Assembly: GCA_028023455.1 (NCBI GenBank)
Contig: JAQFVV010000003.1
Coordinates: forward strand, 22,258,001-22,322,000
DNA length: 64,000 bases
Reading direction: 5' to 3'
From: Epiperipatus broadwayi
Lineage: Eukaryota; Animalia; Onychophora
In this document: positions 28,501 to 42,258 of the stretch, one piece after another
How positions within the stretch are numbered: position 1 is the stretch's first letter
Layout: every line of letters begins with the position of its first letter
The notes under the pieces: generated by a model
What the model was told of the DNA's origin: nothing
The model's input: only the letters and a program-made list of their open reading frames with translations
Database searches by the model: none
Translations under genes and position numbers: made by a program

Positions 28501-30973
28501 ATTTATTTATTTTTTTCTTTATACTTAACACAAACAATGATTAACTCTATTTTCCTTATGTTTCTCTAACTAGTTTCTGATTTGAATTTGATTTTTCTTG
28601 AATCAATATTTATCAAGTTATTACTTTTCAAATTTACAATTAAGTGATGTATAAATTAAGTAACCTTATTTCTAAGTTACATTTTAAGTCATGTGTAGAA
28701 AGTCAATAGGCATCAACATAATTGTAGTATTCAAACATTGCAGAAAGGACCAAAGTTTATACATTATAACTGTAATTAGATAAATACAACATATAATATA
28801 AAGACGTGAATGCCATAAACAAATATTCAAGATTTTTAATGAATGATTTCATATACAGTATTGACAAACCCTAGAAATATAATCCATTTATTTAAAAATA
28901 TTTATATCCACAGTCATCACATAAATATATTAAAAATGAAATTTAGTCTACCTGTATACTTCATGTATTATTTTAATAAATATATATAAATTGACACTTA
29001 TATCTTCCATGGAATTAATAACAATCAATAGAGATAATCAACTTTGGCCTCACAACCTCTTAAAAAACATTCTAACTTCTTAAGAACATTTCTTTTTTAA
29101 TAACAAATAACTTTTTGAATATTAAAAATATACCCAATTATAACATAAGATTATAACTAACTATTATATAATAAAATTCAAACATAAAATCATATAACAT
29201 CAATGATGATTAAACAAGTTTAAATCACAATACAAAGCAATGCCTGATCACATAGATAATAAAACAATTCACATTGGAAATTAAAGTGATTATACTGCAA
29301 TATTTTATTAGTTCTTGTACATCTCTCACAATTTTATGCGCGCGCGCACACACACAAGTCTATACTCAATGTGTAATGTGCTTATTACCACATTACTGTG
29401 GTTTTTTCTTACCAATTTACCAAAATTATAAAATCATATTGGTTGGATAGGGATTATAAGACACTGGCATTTATTGATTACTAAAGCTTGCACTAGGTGG
29501 CAGTGATTCACCAATATTTTTTGTCATTTCTTAATTACAATTTTTGATATTTGATTTAGATATTTGGATTTGGACATGTCATTATGTTTATTTCTAAACT
29601 AATTTTTGAACTTTGTTGGACAAAATAACTGGAACACATCGTATTGATATTATAGGGTATTATCAATTATTTTTTAATGCTTAATTATGTCAGCAGTGAT
29701 TTTGGGCCTTCCCTTACCCCCCAAATGGTAAAGAGTGCACTCTAAACTGTTAACAAATTCATTAGGATTTAAACTGGTTTTATGGATTAGTATTTAGTTT
29801 TAAAATCTGTAAAAGCATATTACACATAATCAAAAAAGATAATTTCAAAAACAATATGTTAATATTTGATCAATTTTCATCAAAAATATTAATAATTAGA
29901 AAAGAGACCAAAAGGAAAAAAAATTTATAGTGTAATCACATGACCAAAAAAATCAAATAATTTTAAAAGTCAAATATCAAAAATATTAATAATTAGGAAC
30001 CAGCTCAAGAGGGAGGGGTGATTTAGTGCAATCACATGTCAACCCCCTCCCCATACTTCTAGAAATAAATATCAAAAATAGTAATCAGGAAATTACCTAA
30101 AAAAATCAATGCAATCATGTGACCAAAAAACCGCACCCCCCCCCCCAATCTTAGTGTTATAAAACATTAAAAACAATACTGAAGTATTTCACTTTTAAAA
30201 TATGGTGGTAGAACATGAACATAAGCTGACCTAATGTAAATATAGCAGTTGAAACTAACACAAGCAAGCATGTCCATTTTAATATTACAATTAACAAAAA
30301 ATCAATAAATCAAGTCATCAAAAGTTTAATTGCTAGATATATTAAAATCTTAAGACAGAAAAGTGTTTAACAAATTCAATTACAAAAAAAATGGTCTGAA
30401 ACAAAAGCACTTTAACAAGCATCACGTTTTAAATATCATCAAATATTTAATTAAGAGAGAAATATTCTTTATGAAGTATTATAACTTTTTATCTTTCTTA
30501 TTGCACTGCTAAATTCATATAATATTAATATCATTTATGTTCTTTATTATTTTTTACATATTGTAAAAAGTAATAAAGAACATAAATAAGATAAATATTA
30601 GTAATGAAAGTAATCCATGTATTATAAATATTAAAATTAATAAATAAAGCTATACAAACACATTATACATGATTAAAAAAAAATTAATAAACCAATATGA
30701 AAATTAAAATGAATTTTACATTAACTTAATGCTTTACAAGCCAGTGTCCTGAAACCACAGGATAGACAAAAAATCTGCTGGGGTTACTTGATCATAGACT
30801 AACCACTGACCCCTTTTCACAAATGGTAAAAAAATAAAAAATAATATCTCACTAAAAAATTAAAACTAACTAAAATATTTAAAATCTTAAGATAATATGA
30901 AAGTTTACATGAGTGATATCCCTCTAATAATTATGTGGCAAATACTTATATATATATTTGTTCATATGTTAAA

Positions 30974-31045
30974 TGCGTTGACCGGGAAGCGAACTCGGGC
31001 CAGCTGCTTGGAAGGCAGCTATGCTAACCATTAGGCCACCAACAC
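30974..31045 (-). pseudogene. tRNA-Gly(TCC)-like sequence, probably a SINE or tRNA pseudogene rather than a functional tRNA
   Basis: 72 nt GTGTTGGTGGCCTAATGGTTAGCATAGCTGCCTTCCAAGCAGCTGGCCCGAGTTCGCTTCCCGGTCAACGCA. Acceptor and anticodon stems pair and the anticodon is TCC, but the D-stem is disrupted, the T-stem has a mismatch and A58 is C. Confidence 0.85.
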
Positions 31046-31224
31046 TTGACTACTTATATTATTTTTAATCAGCAGGGAGGGGGGGGATTAGATTGTTTTC
31101 AGAAATATCTTCATTATGTGAGACATTTCAAGGGTTTGGCACCTAAATGTAAAGTGAAAAAAAAAAAATTTATCCATCAAACAAAATTAAAACAAAATTT
31201 TTTTAAAAATCTATAAATGTTTAT

Positions 31225-31605
31225 TTGTTGAGCTTTTTCAAATTTGATATCATTGTTTTGTTTATGACTAATACTAATAAATACCTGTTGTTTTTTGGAA
31301 ATTTATTTTTATTTGTTATTAAAATATTTGCTAATGATCTTTTTATTTTTGATGTGCTGGCAAAATAGCTGTAATGTTGCCCTCTAATTATGTATAGATA
31401 GATGACTGTAAACAGATAAAGACTGATAGGCAAATAGAAAGGTAAATAATTAGATAATTAAATAGGTGATTAGAAGTTGACATCACTGTTATTTTGCCAT
31501 CACATCAAAAATAAAATAAAAAATTCTCAAATATTTAAATAAGATGTTTATTACTGTTAGTTACAAACAAAACAATGATATCAAATTAAAAAAACCCATT
31601 TAACC
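31225..31605. repeat. Foldback inverted repeat (arms about 160 bp, loop about 75 bp)
   Basis: aatttgatatcattgttttgttt / aaacaaaacaatgatatcaaatt and gatgtgctggcaaaatagc / gttattttgccatcacatc. Confidence 0.85.
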
Positions 31606-31769
31606 ACTTTAATTTTGTTTGCCGTACAAAGTAGTTCCTTCCCCCTCCCACTTTATATTTAGGTATCAAACCTTTGAATGCCTCATGTGATAAGAACAAT
31701 ACTGAAAATCATCTTTCTACCCCCCCCCCTCCAGTATTTATTGATAATATTATATGTAATGTTCTAATT

Positions 31770-32608
31770 CAGGGATGCCCAATCCGTAGCTCGCGAGTCA
31801 CATGTGGCTCGTTCAAAAAAATTGATAAAATATTTTATGTTCCTTGATGGCACATGCACACACTAAAAAATAAACATTTTTACAATACAAACAATAACGA
31901 TATGCAGTGTCAGGTTTCACATTAAATAAAATATATTTTTCCTGTAATTGTAATTTATATGTATGTTACCAAATTTTTAATAAATAAAATGTATTTACAT
32001 TTTTTTTTCTTTTTAACATATTACACCATTTTTTTTTTTTTGCTGTACACGTTTGGTTTGGTGCTATATATATATATTGTGTTTAGTGCTCTTGTATATA
32101 TTGTTGTTTTTATCGAGAAAGATCCTTGTAGACGTTTGGTTTGGTGCTGTATATATATTGTGTTTAGTGCTGGAAATAGTTTTTATCGAGATAGATCCAT
32201 GTACACGTATATATTTTGCTGTATATATCGATGTTTAGTGCTGTAAACAGTTGTTTTTATCCGTGTACACGTATATATTTTGCTGTATATATATATTGAT
32301 GTTTTGTGCTGTAAATAGTTGTTTTTATCGAGATAGATTCGTGTACACATATATATTTTGCTGTATATATTGATGTTTTCATCGAAAAAGATCCGTGTAC
32401 ACGTTATTTTGGCCACATTAGAAACGGCGGATTGATACCAATGTGAATAGGCCATCCCCCCCCCCACCTATCTCCCTACATTGCAGGTTTAGTACCCAAG
32501 TACCATGTTTATAAATGTAATATGAAAAATGTAATATATAATTGTGGCTCCCCAAATTTTTTTAAATTCTCAACTGGCTCGCATCAAGTTAAAGGTTGGG
32601 CACCACTG
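31770..32608. mobile_element. hAT-superfamily MITE with internal tandem repeats
   Basis: Imperfect TIRs CAGGGATGCCCAATC / GGTTGGGCACCACTG. Perfect 8-bp TSD TTCTAATT (31762-31769, 32609-32616). Degenerate repeats of about 60-70 bp at about 32040-32400. Confidence 0.9.
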
Positions 32609-35177
32609 TTCTAATTATTCATCAAATGCACAGGCAGTATCTTGCTATAAAGTGTTGAAAACAGTTTAAATATATATTTTTTATTTAATAGAATTGAGTT
32701 TATCCTTTCAATATGGCATTTTATATTAATAATAATATATCTATATACTGATCAAAAATAATCAACATAAATTATTTCCTATGTAATTATTATAGGGATT
32801 TCACCCATGCAAACTTTCATATTACTTTAAGATTTTAAACACTGTAAAAAGTTTGTTTTAATTTTTTAGTCTGATATTATTATTTTTTACCATTCAAAAA
32901 AAGTGAGGAGTCAAAGGTTAGTTCATTCAGATGACCAGATAATCCCAGTAAATTTTTTTGTCTACCACATGAATTCAGGACACCAGCTTGCACATCATTG
33001 AGGGTAAAATTCATTTTCATATTGGTTTATTAATTTATTTTAAATATCCATAATGTTTGATTTTGATATTTTATAATTACAGGCAACATAATTATTTATA
33101 TTTTATAATTACAGGCAACATAATTATTTATGTAACATTTAATAAAATAGTTCTGATGAAATATCAAATTTTATTCAGCTACCATAAGCATGTTTTATTC
33201 TTTTGTAGATTAGTTTAGTAATTTTTAAACTGTTTATTATGTTTTCCCATATAAGCAATTATTTATTTTGTCAAATACTAATACTTTCTAATTTGTGTTA
33301 TGTTGATGGCACTAGTATATTTTTTAGACCTTGGTCTAGTAATTTATTTTGCTGCAGTATGGGGCATTTACTAATAACTAATATTTTCGGTATTTGATTT
33401 CAAGAGATGATTTGTTATTTTTGTCATATGATGCTATTTTTTTTGGCCATTTCCTAATTACTAAAATTTGCAAAATACTTTTTGATATGCCATATTTTAA
33501 AAGCAAAATACTTTAGTATTGCTTTTTAATTTTTTTTTATGCTAATATTTCTTGTTGTTTCCTAATTACTAATACTTGTTAGTATTCTTTTTTGATATCT
33601 GATTTTTTGGCCACATGATTTGCTAATATTTTTTTATCATTTTAAAATTATTATTTATATTTGATTTCAAGAGTTATTTAGATTTTTTGGTCACATGATT
33701 ACATTTATTTCCATGACAGTTGTGGGGTTTTTCTGATAAAAATTGCATTTGTTAACTATATCAGACAAAATAACTGGAACATTTCTTAGTGCTTAGTAAT
33801 GAGGTTTTGGGATTCTCCTTAGAAACCAAAATGGCAGAGAGTGCATTCTAAACTAGTACCAAAATTGTATTAAGAATTAAACCTTCTTTTATATTCAAGT
33901 TTCAAAAATGAATTACAAGGTAGATTTCAAATAGGTGACAATGCTAAGTCTTTACCTGCTTAAACTCAATCTTTCACTAAAGAAACATAAAGCTTATATA
34001 TCTGCTCTGTAACAACTTTTCTTTTTTCTCAAACTTTAAATAAATGCATAATTGTACTTAATTATTATTATTTTCTTACTCTTACAACAATTTTGTTAAT
34101 TATAATTTTTTTCTTGTAGTAGAACTAGGGATTATAGTTTTATCTATTCATTAAAACTAGTATTGTCTACCTAAGTAACAAAACAAAATATAACAATAAA
34201 ATATAAAATGAACCTAAATTTCTTTTCATCGCTTTAAAATTTTTTTTATCTCTTCTTTATTTTAAACTTATTTTTAAAAACACATCTTTTATTTTATTTA
34301 ATTAATATGCATATTCTAGTTATATCTCTGAAAGTAATATAACATTCTATTCATTCATTAAAACATTCAATACAAGTTATTTACTTGAGTACTCCTCCCC
34401 TTCCTTTCATGAATTACTATTTTTGTTAGCATTCTTTTATAATAATATAAATTTATTTTTATTATTTTACCTTGCTTTATACTGTTTAAAACCATTCTTC
34501 CATGTATGATCCACATGGGTGATCATATATTTAATGAAAACCTTTTAAGGTTTTTTAATAATATAAATTATTGAATTTTATGATGTCTAAAATGTAAATT
34601 ATTGTATGATGTAGATCCCCACCCCCTTCAATAAAGTACTAATATAATAATTATAATTTATATCTTTTATTGGAGAAAGTGGAATATTATATATTGGATT
34701 ATTTCCATCATCCAATATTAATTGTTAAATGTCTTCAGAAAAATCCAAACTTTATTTAAACTTTCTAAATACATTCAACTATTAATAATAACTCACAGTT
34801 TAGTATATAACACAATGTTTCAAGTGGTAGAATTATATCTTTTTCAAGTGTTGCTGGCATGATCAGTGACTGTACTAACATAGGGAAATTGAATCTTAGA
34901 TCTTTAGATAATAAATATTAAATTTTAAGGTGATATTCAAACTGACTAAGCTATTGTGTCAAAGAGTATCAAAATCTAGAATATTTATCTAATTATAAGA
35001 ATTTAGTACTTGTAAGTGAAGAGTAAGCAACCAAGATTCATATCTTAGCACTGATTATCGTAAGATATTTGTGTGTTTTATATATTGTGGCATAAATTTT
35101 TTTTATAGATTATTGTTTTTCTAATCTTCTTTAAGAAGTATAATAATTACTCTTTCTTATTGCAGTGCCAAATGTAC

Positions 35178-35394
35178 CATATAATACTAAACCATCTGTG
35201 CACTTTACTACTGTTACACAATGATTTATTTACCACCCTCTAAATTAAAATTTGAATTTAGCAGTTGAAGTTAGGAGATATAAAAGTTCTGAAGAAGATT
35301 TCTGGGGCAATCGAAACTGTAAACGGTAAAAGAGAGTGGTAAATAAAGCATTGGGTAATAGTAGTAAAGTGCATGGATGATTTAGTATTATATG
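35178..35394. repeat. Foldback inverted repeat (arms about 63 bp) with a hammerhead motif in the loop
   Basis: catataatactaaaccatctgtgcactttactac...tttatttaccaccctct pairs with agagagtggtaaataaa...gtagtaaagtgcatggatgatttagtattatatg. Confidence 0.88.
35286..35324 (+). ncRNA. Near-intact minimal type I hammerhead ribozyme
   Basis: GTT CTGAAGA A GATTTC TGGG GCAATC GAAA CTG T A AAC. Stem I GTT/AAC, core CUGAAGA and GAAA, stem II 5 of 6 bp with a tetraloop, GUA cleavage triplet (cut after 35321). Confidence 0.8.
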
Positions 35395-38260
35395 ATTTTC
35401 TAATGATGTTAATTATTATTATTAAACTTTAATATTAATTATATTGGAGTTCTAATCATTATTATTTTTGTTCTTATATCACTTTATATTCCATCTCAAG
35501 CCTTAATTTATCATATGTATATGATTGTATATTATTCACAATGAGCTAAAATCAAAGATTAAGATTATACAAAATACAGAATAACAATATTAAAATGATA
35601 TCAATACTTTTAAGTTATAAAAGGTGCTATCATCTAAATAATTTCTACATTTTCTGGAAAACAAAATAAGTCAAGTCATTAAATAGAATTTTCACAAGAA
35701 ATGAGATTGGCCCATCATTTTGATGATCATTGTATTTTTAGATTTATTTTTAATGGTTCACTGTGAAATGTAACCATGAGAGTAATACCCAATGTGCATT
35801 TTTTTTTTTGACTTGTAAGCTATGATTCAAATATTATAAATATATCATTTGTAATTCAATTGTTACTAATTTTTTTCTTTTCTGAGCCAATGTAATATCT
35901 GGTAAAATGAAAATACACATAGAAAAGGTAGTTTTTTAGCATGCTTTCAATATATTTTTACTATATCATTTTCATGGCATATAGTGGTGTGATTAAATGG
36001 TTCTTTATATCATAAGAATAACTAATAATTCAGCTTACTCTGGACTTTTAACTCCATAACCTTCATGATGCATAGCAAACACTATAAATAAGGGAGCTAT
36101 TTTCATGGAACATAGTGGTTAGTGCACTTGCCTGCCATATTTACAATCTGGAATACAAATCCAAGTGAAGCTTGAAAATTTTTTGAGATGGCTCATCTAT
36201 AGCCAATCAAACTAAATATTCAATTATGGATTAGGAAATAGTATTTATTTGCTCTTAAACAATTTGTAATATCAGGAAAAAACAACTTTAAACTCTCTTT
36301 ATTATGCCTTTGAATAAACTGGTTGATTGCTGTCTTTTTCTTTATTGTTTTCTGTAGGAGTGTTGGAAACTCTCTTGATCTTCAGCTGAGCATTTAAATA
36401 TTTTATTATCTGTTCATATATATATATAGTAAAATGTAAAAAATTTTAAAAAACAACAACTAATAAATGATCAATAGGAATGTGATTTTTATTATAGGAT
36501 GTACATATAAAATATCAATAGATTCACTTAAATGGGCAATGGAATTCAAAAAAATGATGAAATGAATATTTGAATTTGATACAATGCTTGTTTTAATAAA
36601 ATGAAGATAGTTTAGTAATCAACAGAAATTATTTTTAAAAGTGAAGGCCATCTTCAATGACATGTTTATTAGGCTGCATCACAATAATTATTAGAAATAT
36701 CCATAAAATTTCCTTCATAGTATATGAGAGTAGTTTTAGATTACTTATTATCTGTAAAGTTTGAAAATATTTTTAATGCTGACCTGCTTCTAACCACTAA
36801 ATATATTAGCACTAAGATATTTAAAAAAACAACAACCATGTTTAAAATAGAAAGCAAATAATAAGATTAAAAAAATAAATAACTTTTCTTATGAAAAAGA
36901 AGAGAAAGTGAAATAATGTACAAATTTCCTTATAGGATAGGAGATGTAATCAATAAGTTTACTACATTAATTGCATGCTTCCAAGGATTATTAAATATTA
37001 TGAGAATCTTGGACTTATAAATGAACTGCCTGATTCACTATGTATTTAAATGCTTTGTTATTAGTTTATAAAGATGGGTCACCCCTTAATATTGATTATT
37101 TAATTTAGTCTACTTCTAGACTAAATTCTTGGATAAACTCATAATTACTCACATATCAGAATAAACATTGTAGTCCCAAATACTATTTAACCTTGCTTTC
37201 CCTTACCACACACATGTGAAATTCCTTATCTAGTAATTTCTTTTATTCATTTCTTTTAAAATGGCATTAACAAATATCTTGTTTTAAGTAGATTAAATTT
37301 GTTCTCTTTTTTTTTTTTGAGAAGTTACTATTATTTTAATAAGTTCATTTGATTTCCATAAAATAAGAACATGGAAATGCTAATTGATTACTTACAGTTA
37401 ATCATTCACATATTGATTGTGTACAGCTATGTCTGGAAGCATAACTCCTATTCTCCAGACTGCATGAGATATAAATGTATCCCCTGGTAAAAACCATAAG
37501 TACTAAATTCAATTATTCATATTTAATATCATTCTAGACAAACGATTATATTATTAGTAGAATATATACAATTTACAATATATACATGAATCCGAAGGTA
37601 TACAAAAATGATAAAGATCTACATGACCAGTTTAGTACCCAGACTTGCTTTTTATACATTCAAAGGCAAGTTCTTTGCAATAGAAGCTTAAGGTATGTAA
37701 GTCCATCACACACATGAAGCTTCTCCACATGAGTAAGTCTCTTTTTACACTTGGCTGGCATAGATCAATTGTCCAATTTCTTCTCTTCTGATTGATTCCT
37801 ATTTCTGATCCTGCTGATAAGATAATTAATTAATTTATTCATGATACATCATTGACTGTGGAATTTTACTACTAATTAGTTCTATTGCCTTATTTTTGGA
37901 TTCTTGAGAGCTTACTAATGACTGAATCCGGAACTCACAATCATTAAATTATTTTAGGTCTATACATATATTGTAACCTTTGTAGTGTTTTAAAAGATAA
38001 AAAAAATTTAATATATAAATTCAAAGTGAATTACATTAATATACCATTGAAGGAAAAACCTGATATAGATATTTACATATGTCTGTTCAGATTATGTTAT
38101 TTATATTTTTCTTTAGCTTATCATATATTATTTTGATATTATAAATTGGTTATAATGATTGATGTTTCAAAATGACATAATTTAAGGCATGGTTAATTAA
38201 TGCAATTGAAATTAATCATATCAATAATTAAATTTGGTACTTTAGTACTTTTCTTGCTAT

Positions 38261-38427
38261 GACGTATTACCACAAAGACGTACTACTCAAATCTTCCGAT
38301 CTTTAAGATAACGTCTCCTAGTGATTTCCTGACAATGTTAATCGATAAAATGTGTTCAGAAATCACGTGGAGATGTTACGTTAAAGATCGAAAGATTAGA
38401 GTAGTAAGTCTTCATGGCAATACATCA
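38261..38427. repeat. Imperfect palindrome (about 165 bp) at the start of a satellite block
   Basis: gacgtactactcaaatcttccgatcttta...gtgatttc pairs with gaaatcac...taaagatcgaaagattagagtagtaagtc. Confidence 0.8.
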
Positions 38428-38544
38428 TACCAATAAAAAGCAATAAAGCAGCAAGCCATCTGGTAGAAATCGGATGCCATGTTTGTTGTTTCTGCAAAAA
38501 AAAATATTAATATAATAAAATGTAATAACATCGGTAGTCATAGC

Positions 38545-39475
38545 AATAATACTAAAAAGTACATCTAATAGCAAGAATAATACTAAAGAGGCTAATGGGT
38601 AAAATAGCAATAATAATACTAAAGAGGACATCTAAGAGCAAGAATAATACAAAAGAGGACATCCAATAAATACGAAAGAGGACATCCAATAGCAAGAATA
38701 ATATGAAAGAGGACATCCAATAGCAAGAATACAAAAGAGGACATCCAATAGCAAGAATAATACTAAAGAGGACATCTAATAGCAAGAATAATACGAAAGA
38801 GGACATCTAGTAGCAAGAATAATATGAAAGAGGACATGTAGTAGCAAGAATAATACAAAAGAGGATATGTAGTAGCAAGAATTAATAAAAGAGACATCTA
38901 GTAGCAAGAATAATATGAAAGAGGACATCTAGTAGCAAGAATAATATGAAAGAGGACATCTAGTAGCAAGAATAATATGAAAGAGGACATCTAATAGCAA
39001 GAATAATACGAAAGAGGACATCTAGTAGCAAGAATAATACGAAAGAGGACATCTAATAGCAAGAATAATATGAAAGAGGACATCTAGTAGCAAGAATAAT
39101 ATGAAAGAGGACATCTAATAGCAAGAATAATATGAAAGAGGACATCTAGTAGCAAGAATAATACGAAAGAGGACATCTAGTAGCAAGAATAATATGAAAG
39201 AGGACATCTAATAGCAAGAATAATACGAAAGAGGACATCTAATAGCAAGAATAATATGAAAGAGGACATCTAATAGCAAGAATAATACGAAAGAGGACAT
39301 CTAATAGCAAGAATAATACAAAAGAGGACATCTAATAGCAAGAATAATATGAAAGAGGACATCTAATAGCAAGAATAATACTAAAAAGGTCAACCGGTAA
39401 AAATAGCAATAATAATACTAAAGAGGACATCTAAATCAAGAATAATACAAAAGAGGACATCTAGTAGATGACATC
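38545..39475. repeat. Minisatellite, 31-bp unit, roughly 28-30 copies
   Basis: Unit AGAGGACATCTA(G/A)TAGCAAGAATAATA(T/C)GAA, highly homogeneous at 38890-39375. It accounts for the spurious ORFs at 38425-38806. Confidence 0.95.
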
Positions 39476-39498
39476 TAAGAGCAAGAAATATATATATG

Positions 39499-40055
39499 AC
39501 ATTAACTTAAAAAATGATTTAAAGCAAAACTGCAAAAATTAGCACACAAAAAAAAAAATGTCTAAAAGACCAAAAAATGTTAAATAGGTACTGTCAAATA
39601 TATATATAAGACATTCACTTAAAAATTGATTTAAAGCAAAACTGCAAAAATTAGCACACAAAAAAAATAATTTGTCTAAAAGACCAAAAAATGTTAAATA
39701 GGTACTGTCAAATATATATATAAGACATTCACTTAAAAATTGATTTAAAGCAAAACTGCAAAAATTAGCACACAAAAAAAAAAATTTGTCTAAAAGACCA
39801 AAAAATGTTAAATAGGTACTGTCAAAAATATATATATAAGACATTCACTTAAAAATTGATTTAAAGCAAAACTGCAAAAATTAGCACAAAAAAAAAAATT
39901 TGTCTAAAAGACCAAAAAATGTTAAATAGGTACTGTCAAAAATATATATATAAGACATTCACTTAAAAATTGATTTAAAGCAAAAATTAGCACATAAAAA
40001 AAAAAGAATTCTCTAAAAGACCAAAAAATGTTAAATAGGTACTGTCAAATATATA
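39499..40055. repeat. Tandem repeat, about 113-bp unit x5
   Basis: gacattcacttaaaaattgatttaaagcaaaactgc... starts at about 39499, 39610, 39724, 39840 and 39954. It accounts for ORF 39539-39844. Confidence 0.95.
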
Positions 40056-40082
40056 TGCTTTTGCTTAGCTTGTCGTTCCTCA

Positions 40083-40527
40083 GCAAAAAAAAATTAATTA
40101 CACGCACCAAAAAAGTACATAAATTAATAGTAATTTACTAAAATTATTATAAATTCAAATTGACTACAAAATAATTGACAAAAAATTTATAAAATTTTTT
40201 TATAATTTTAAAATTAAAGACAAAAAAAAAACACTTTTTCCGATATAGTGTGAATCTATTATACAGCGGAAATGGCGGACGTAAAAAAAAGCCATCTCGG
40301 CGCCATGTTTGTAGTTACTCGGAAAAAGCAAAATAATTACATGCGCCAAAAAAAAAAATACATAAATTAATAGTAATTTACTAAAAATATTATAAATTCA
40401 AATTGAATACAAAATAATTGCAAAAAAAATTATAAAAAATATTTGTAATTTTAAAATTAGAGACAATAAAAAACACTTTTCCCGATATAGTGCGAATCTG
40501 CCATACCGTGAAAATGGCGGACATAAA
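40083..40527. repeat. Direct repeat, about 240-bp period x2
   Basis: tacataaattaatagtaatttactaaaa...ccgatatagtg(t/c)gaatct...aaatggcggac occurs twice. Confidence 0.85.
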
Positions 40528-42258
40528 ACGTCCTAATTAAATCGTATTACATAAAATTATGAAATTAAAAGTGTAGTCTTTTTTTAATGAAAATAAGGAT
40601 AATTTATAATAAAAAAAATGGAAAGAAGACGACCCAAAAGAAGCAAAATAAAAAATAACCGAAAAGGTAGTACATAAAATTATGAAATTTACAAATTAAA
40701 AAATAACCTGTAATGGCGATATATGTCTTAAAAGCTACTATATTTAATTATTAAGAAACAAAATGAAAATTACTTACAAATAACGACGGTGGAAATTACT
40801 ATAATATCATCCAATCGACAGTTAAAAATTCACTCTATTTAGTAATATGTCCATATTAGATATGAAAATATGATCTAAAAAATCACTGTGCTCACGTCGA
40901 TATCAAAACCGCAAAAGACAGAGAAATGACAAAATTTCCCATAGGTCTCTCGACTTTTTAAATCTTGAGACATCTCGATCAAAAAATCAGTATTCCCAAG
41001 GATTAGCCTTGCCATTGACTTTGTTGCCATGACATCGTTTATCTAATCTTCGATGAAATCTTACCGGCAAAAAACATGCTAAGTGTAAAACATCATAGCT
41101 CATAAAATCCGAAACTACCTTAAATTTTCCTATATTTTCTCATATTAACTAAAATAAATGTAAAACCACTAAACATCACATGATCACCTTCTCTATACTA
41201 GCACATAATTGTATGGAGAGTTTTGCCTTTGTTTAAAATAAATGTAGTTTAAAATTTGGCATAATTTTATATTGATTTTATTAAAAGGGTGAAATATAAA
41301 AATATGGCTTATTAGATTTGAAAGTGGTTTAAACTAAATTTAATCCAGTTTAATTAATTGATAAATTGTAAATTTTCCTAAGTATTATTATTATTTTTTT
41401 TACCGTTGAATGGTCTCATGTTAGAATATGCAAGTGAGAAAAAGATTTTTTTTTTTGGTTGGATATAGGAGGTAAAAGAAAAAAGTAAGGAAGAAAAACT
41501 TCTTGTAAAATATTCTAAAAGAAAATGGATTAGTAATATCAATTTTACTATTATTCAAAATTAGAGTGTGCTCATTTATTATGAAGACGTAAAAGTTCAA
41601 AATTTCTGTCCTAGGGAGCACTTGCTCTGACTCTTTTCAATTCATGACTGGGGGAAACAATATTCATCATATTTATAGAATGTATTGCAATATTCAATAA
41701 TACGAAGCAAAATAGTGTAAAGGAAAAGAAAACAGAATATGTAAATTAAAGTTTTCTGGTTTAATTTGAAATCTTGTTAAGTTCAAAAGGAATATTACTA
41801 ATTAAATATTCTTTCATATTAATCTACATCATGCTTCAGACCTTTATGCTGCTTGGATAAATTCTTTTTTTTTTGTTAGTTAATGAAATTGTCAAAACTA
41901 TTCGGGATATGGATGACGTATACTTAAGGATACATTTATTGCTGTCAGTGAAGTCCCTAAAATATATATTGTGCTTCAAACATCTTTACAGCTTGGATAA
42001 AGTCATTTCATTTTTTTTGATTAATTAAGGAATTTGTTAAAGCTTACCTGGATATAAATGATGTTTGGAATTAATCCTAAATTTCCTGGTATGAGTGGAA
42101 TTGTGAAATTATATACATATTATACTGATATTGTTGTCGCTAAGATAAAATTATTCATTAAATTATTCATGACATCCTTAAAGTTTATTTGGATATGTTG
42201 ACAACATTTATAATTTATTTGAGAATGCCTGCCATTAATGGAAATGTAAAATTATATG

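Noticed and set aside
30974-31045. Functional tRNA-Gly(TCC) gene
   Set aside because: D-stem broken, A58 changed to C, T-stem mismatch, no T4+ terminator, and flanks shared with three more decayed copies.
31421-31445. CTGATAG...GAAAGGTA in the loop of the 31.2-kb foldback
   Set aside because: Suggestive of a decayed HHR, but stems I and II cannot be formed; not counted.
38545-39475. CRISPR-like array
   Set aside because: Units are directly adjacent with no unique spacers, there are no cas genes and the context is eukaryotic; it is a minisatellite.
42048-42110. Strong minus-strand donor CCAG|GTAAGC inside the large WDR73 intron
   Set aside because: Lies in a degenerate tandem repeat of about 140 bp (about 41826-42230) and the candidate peptides do not resemble WDR73.
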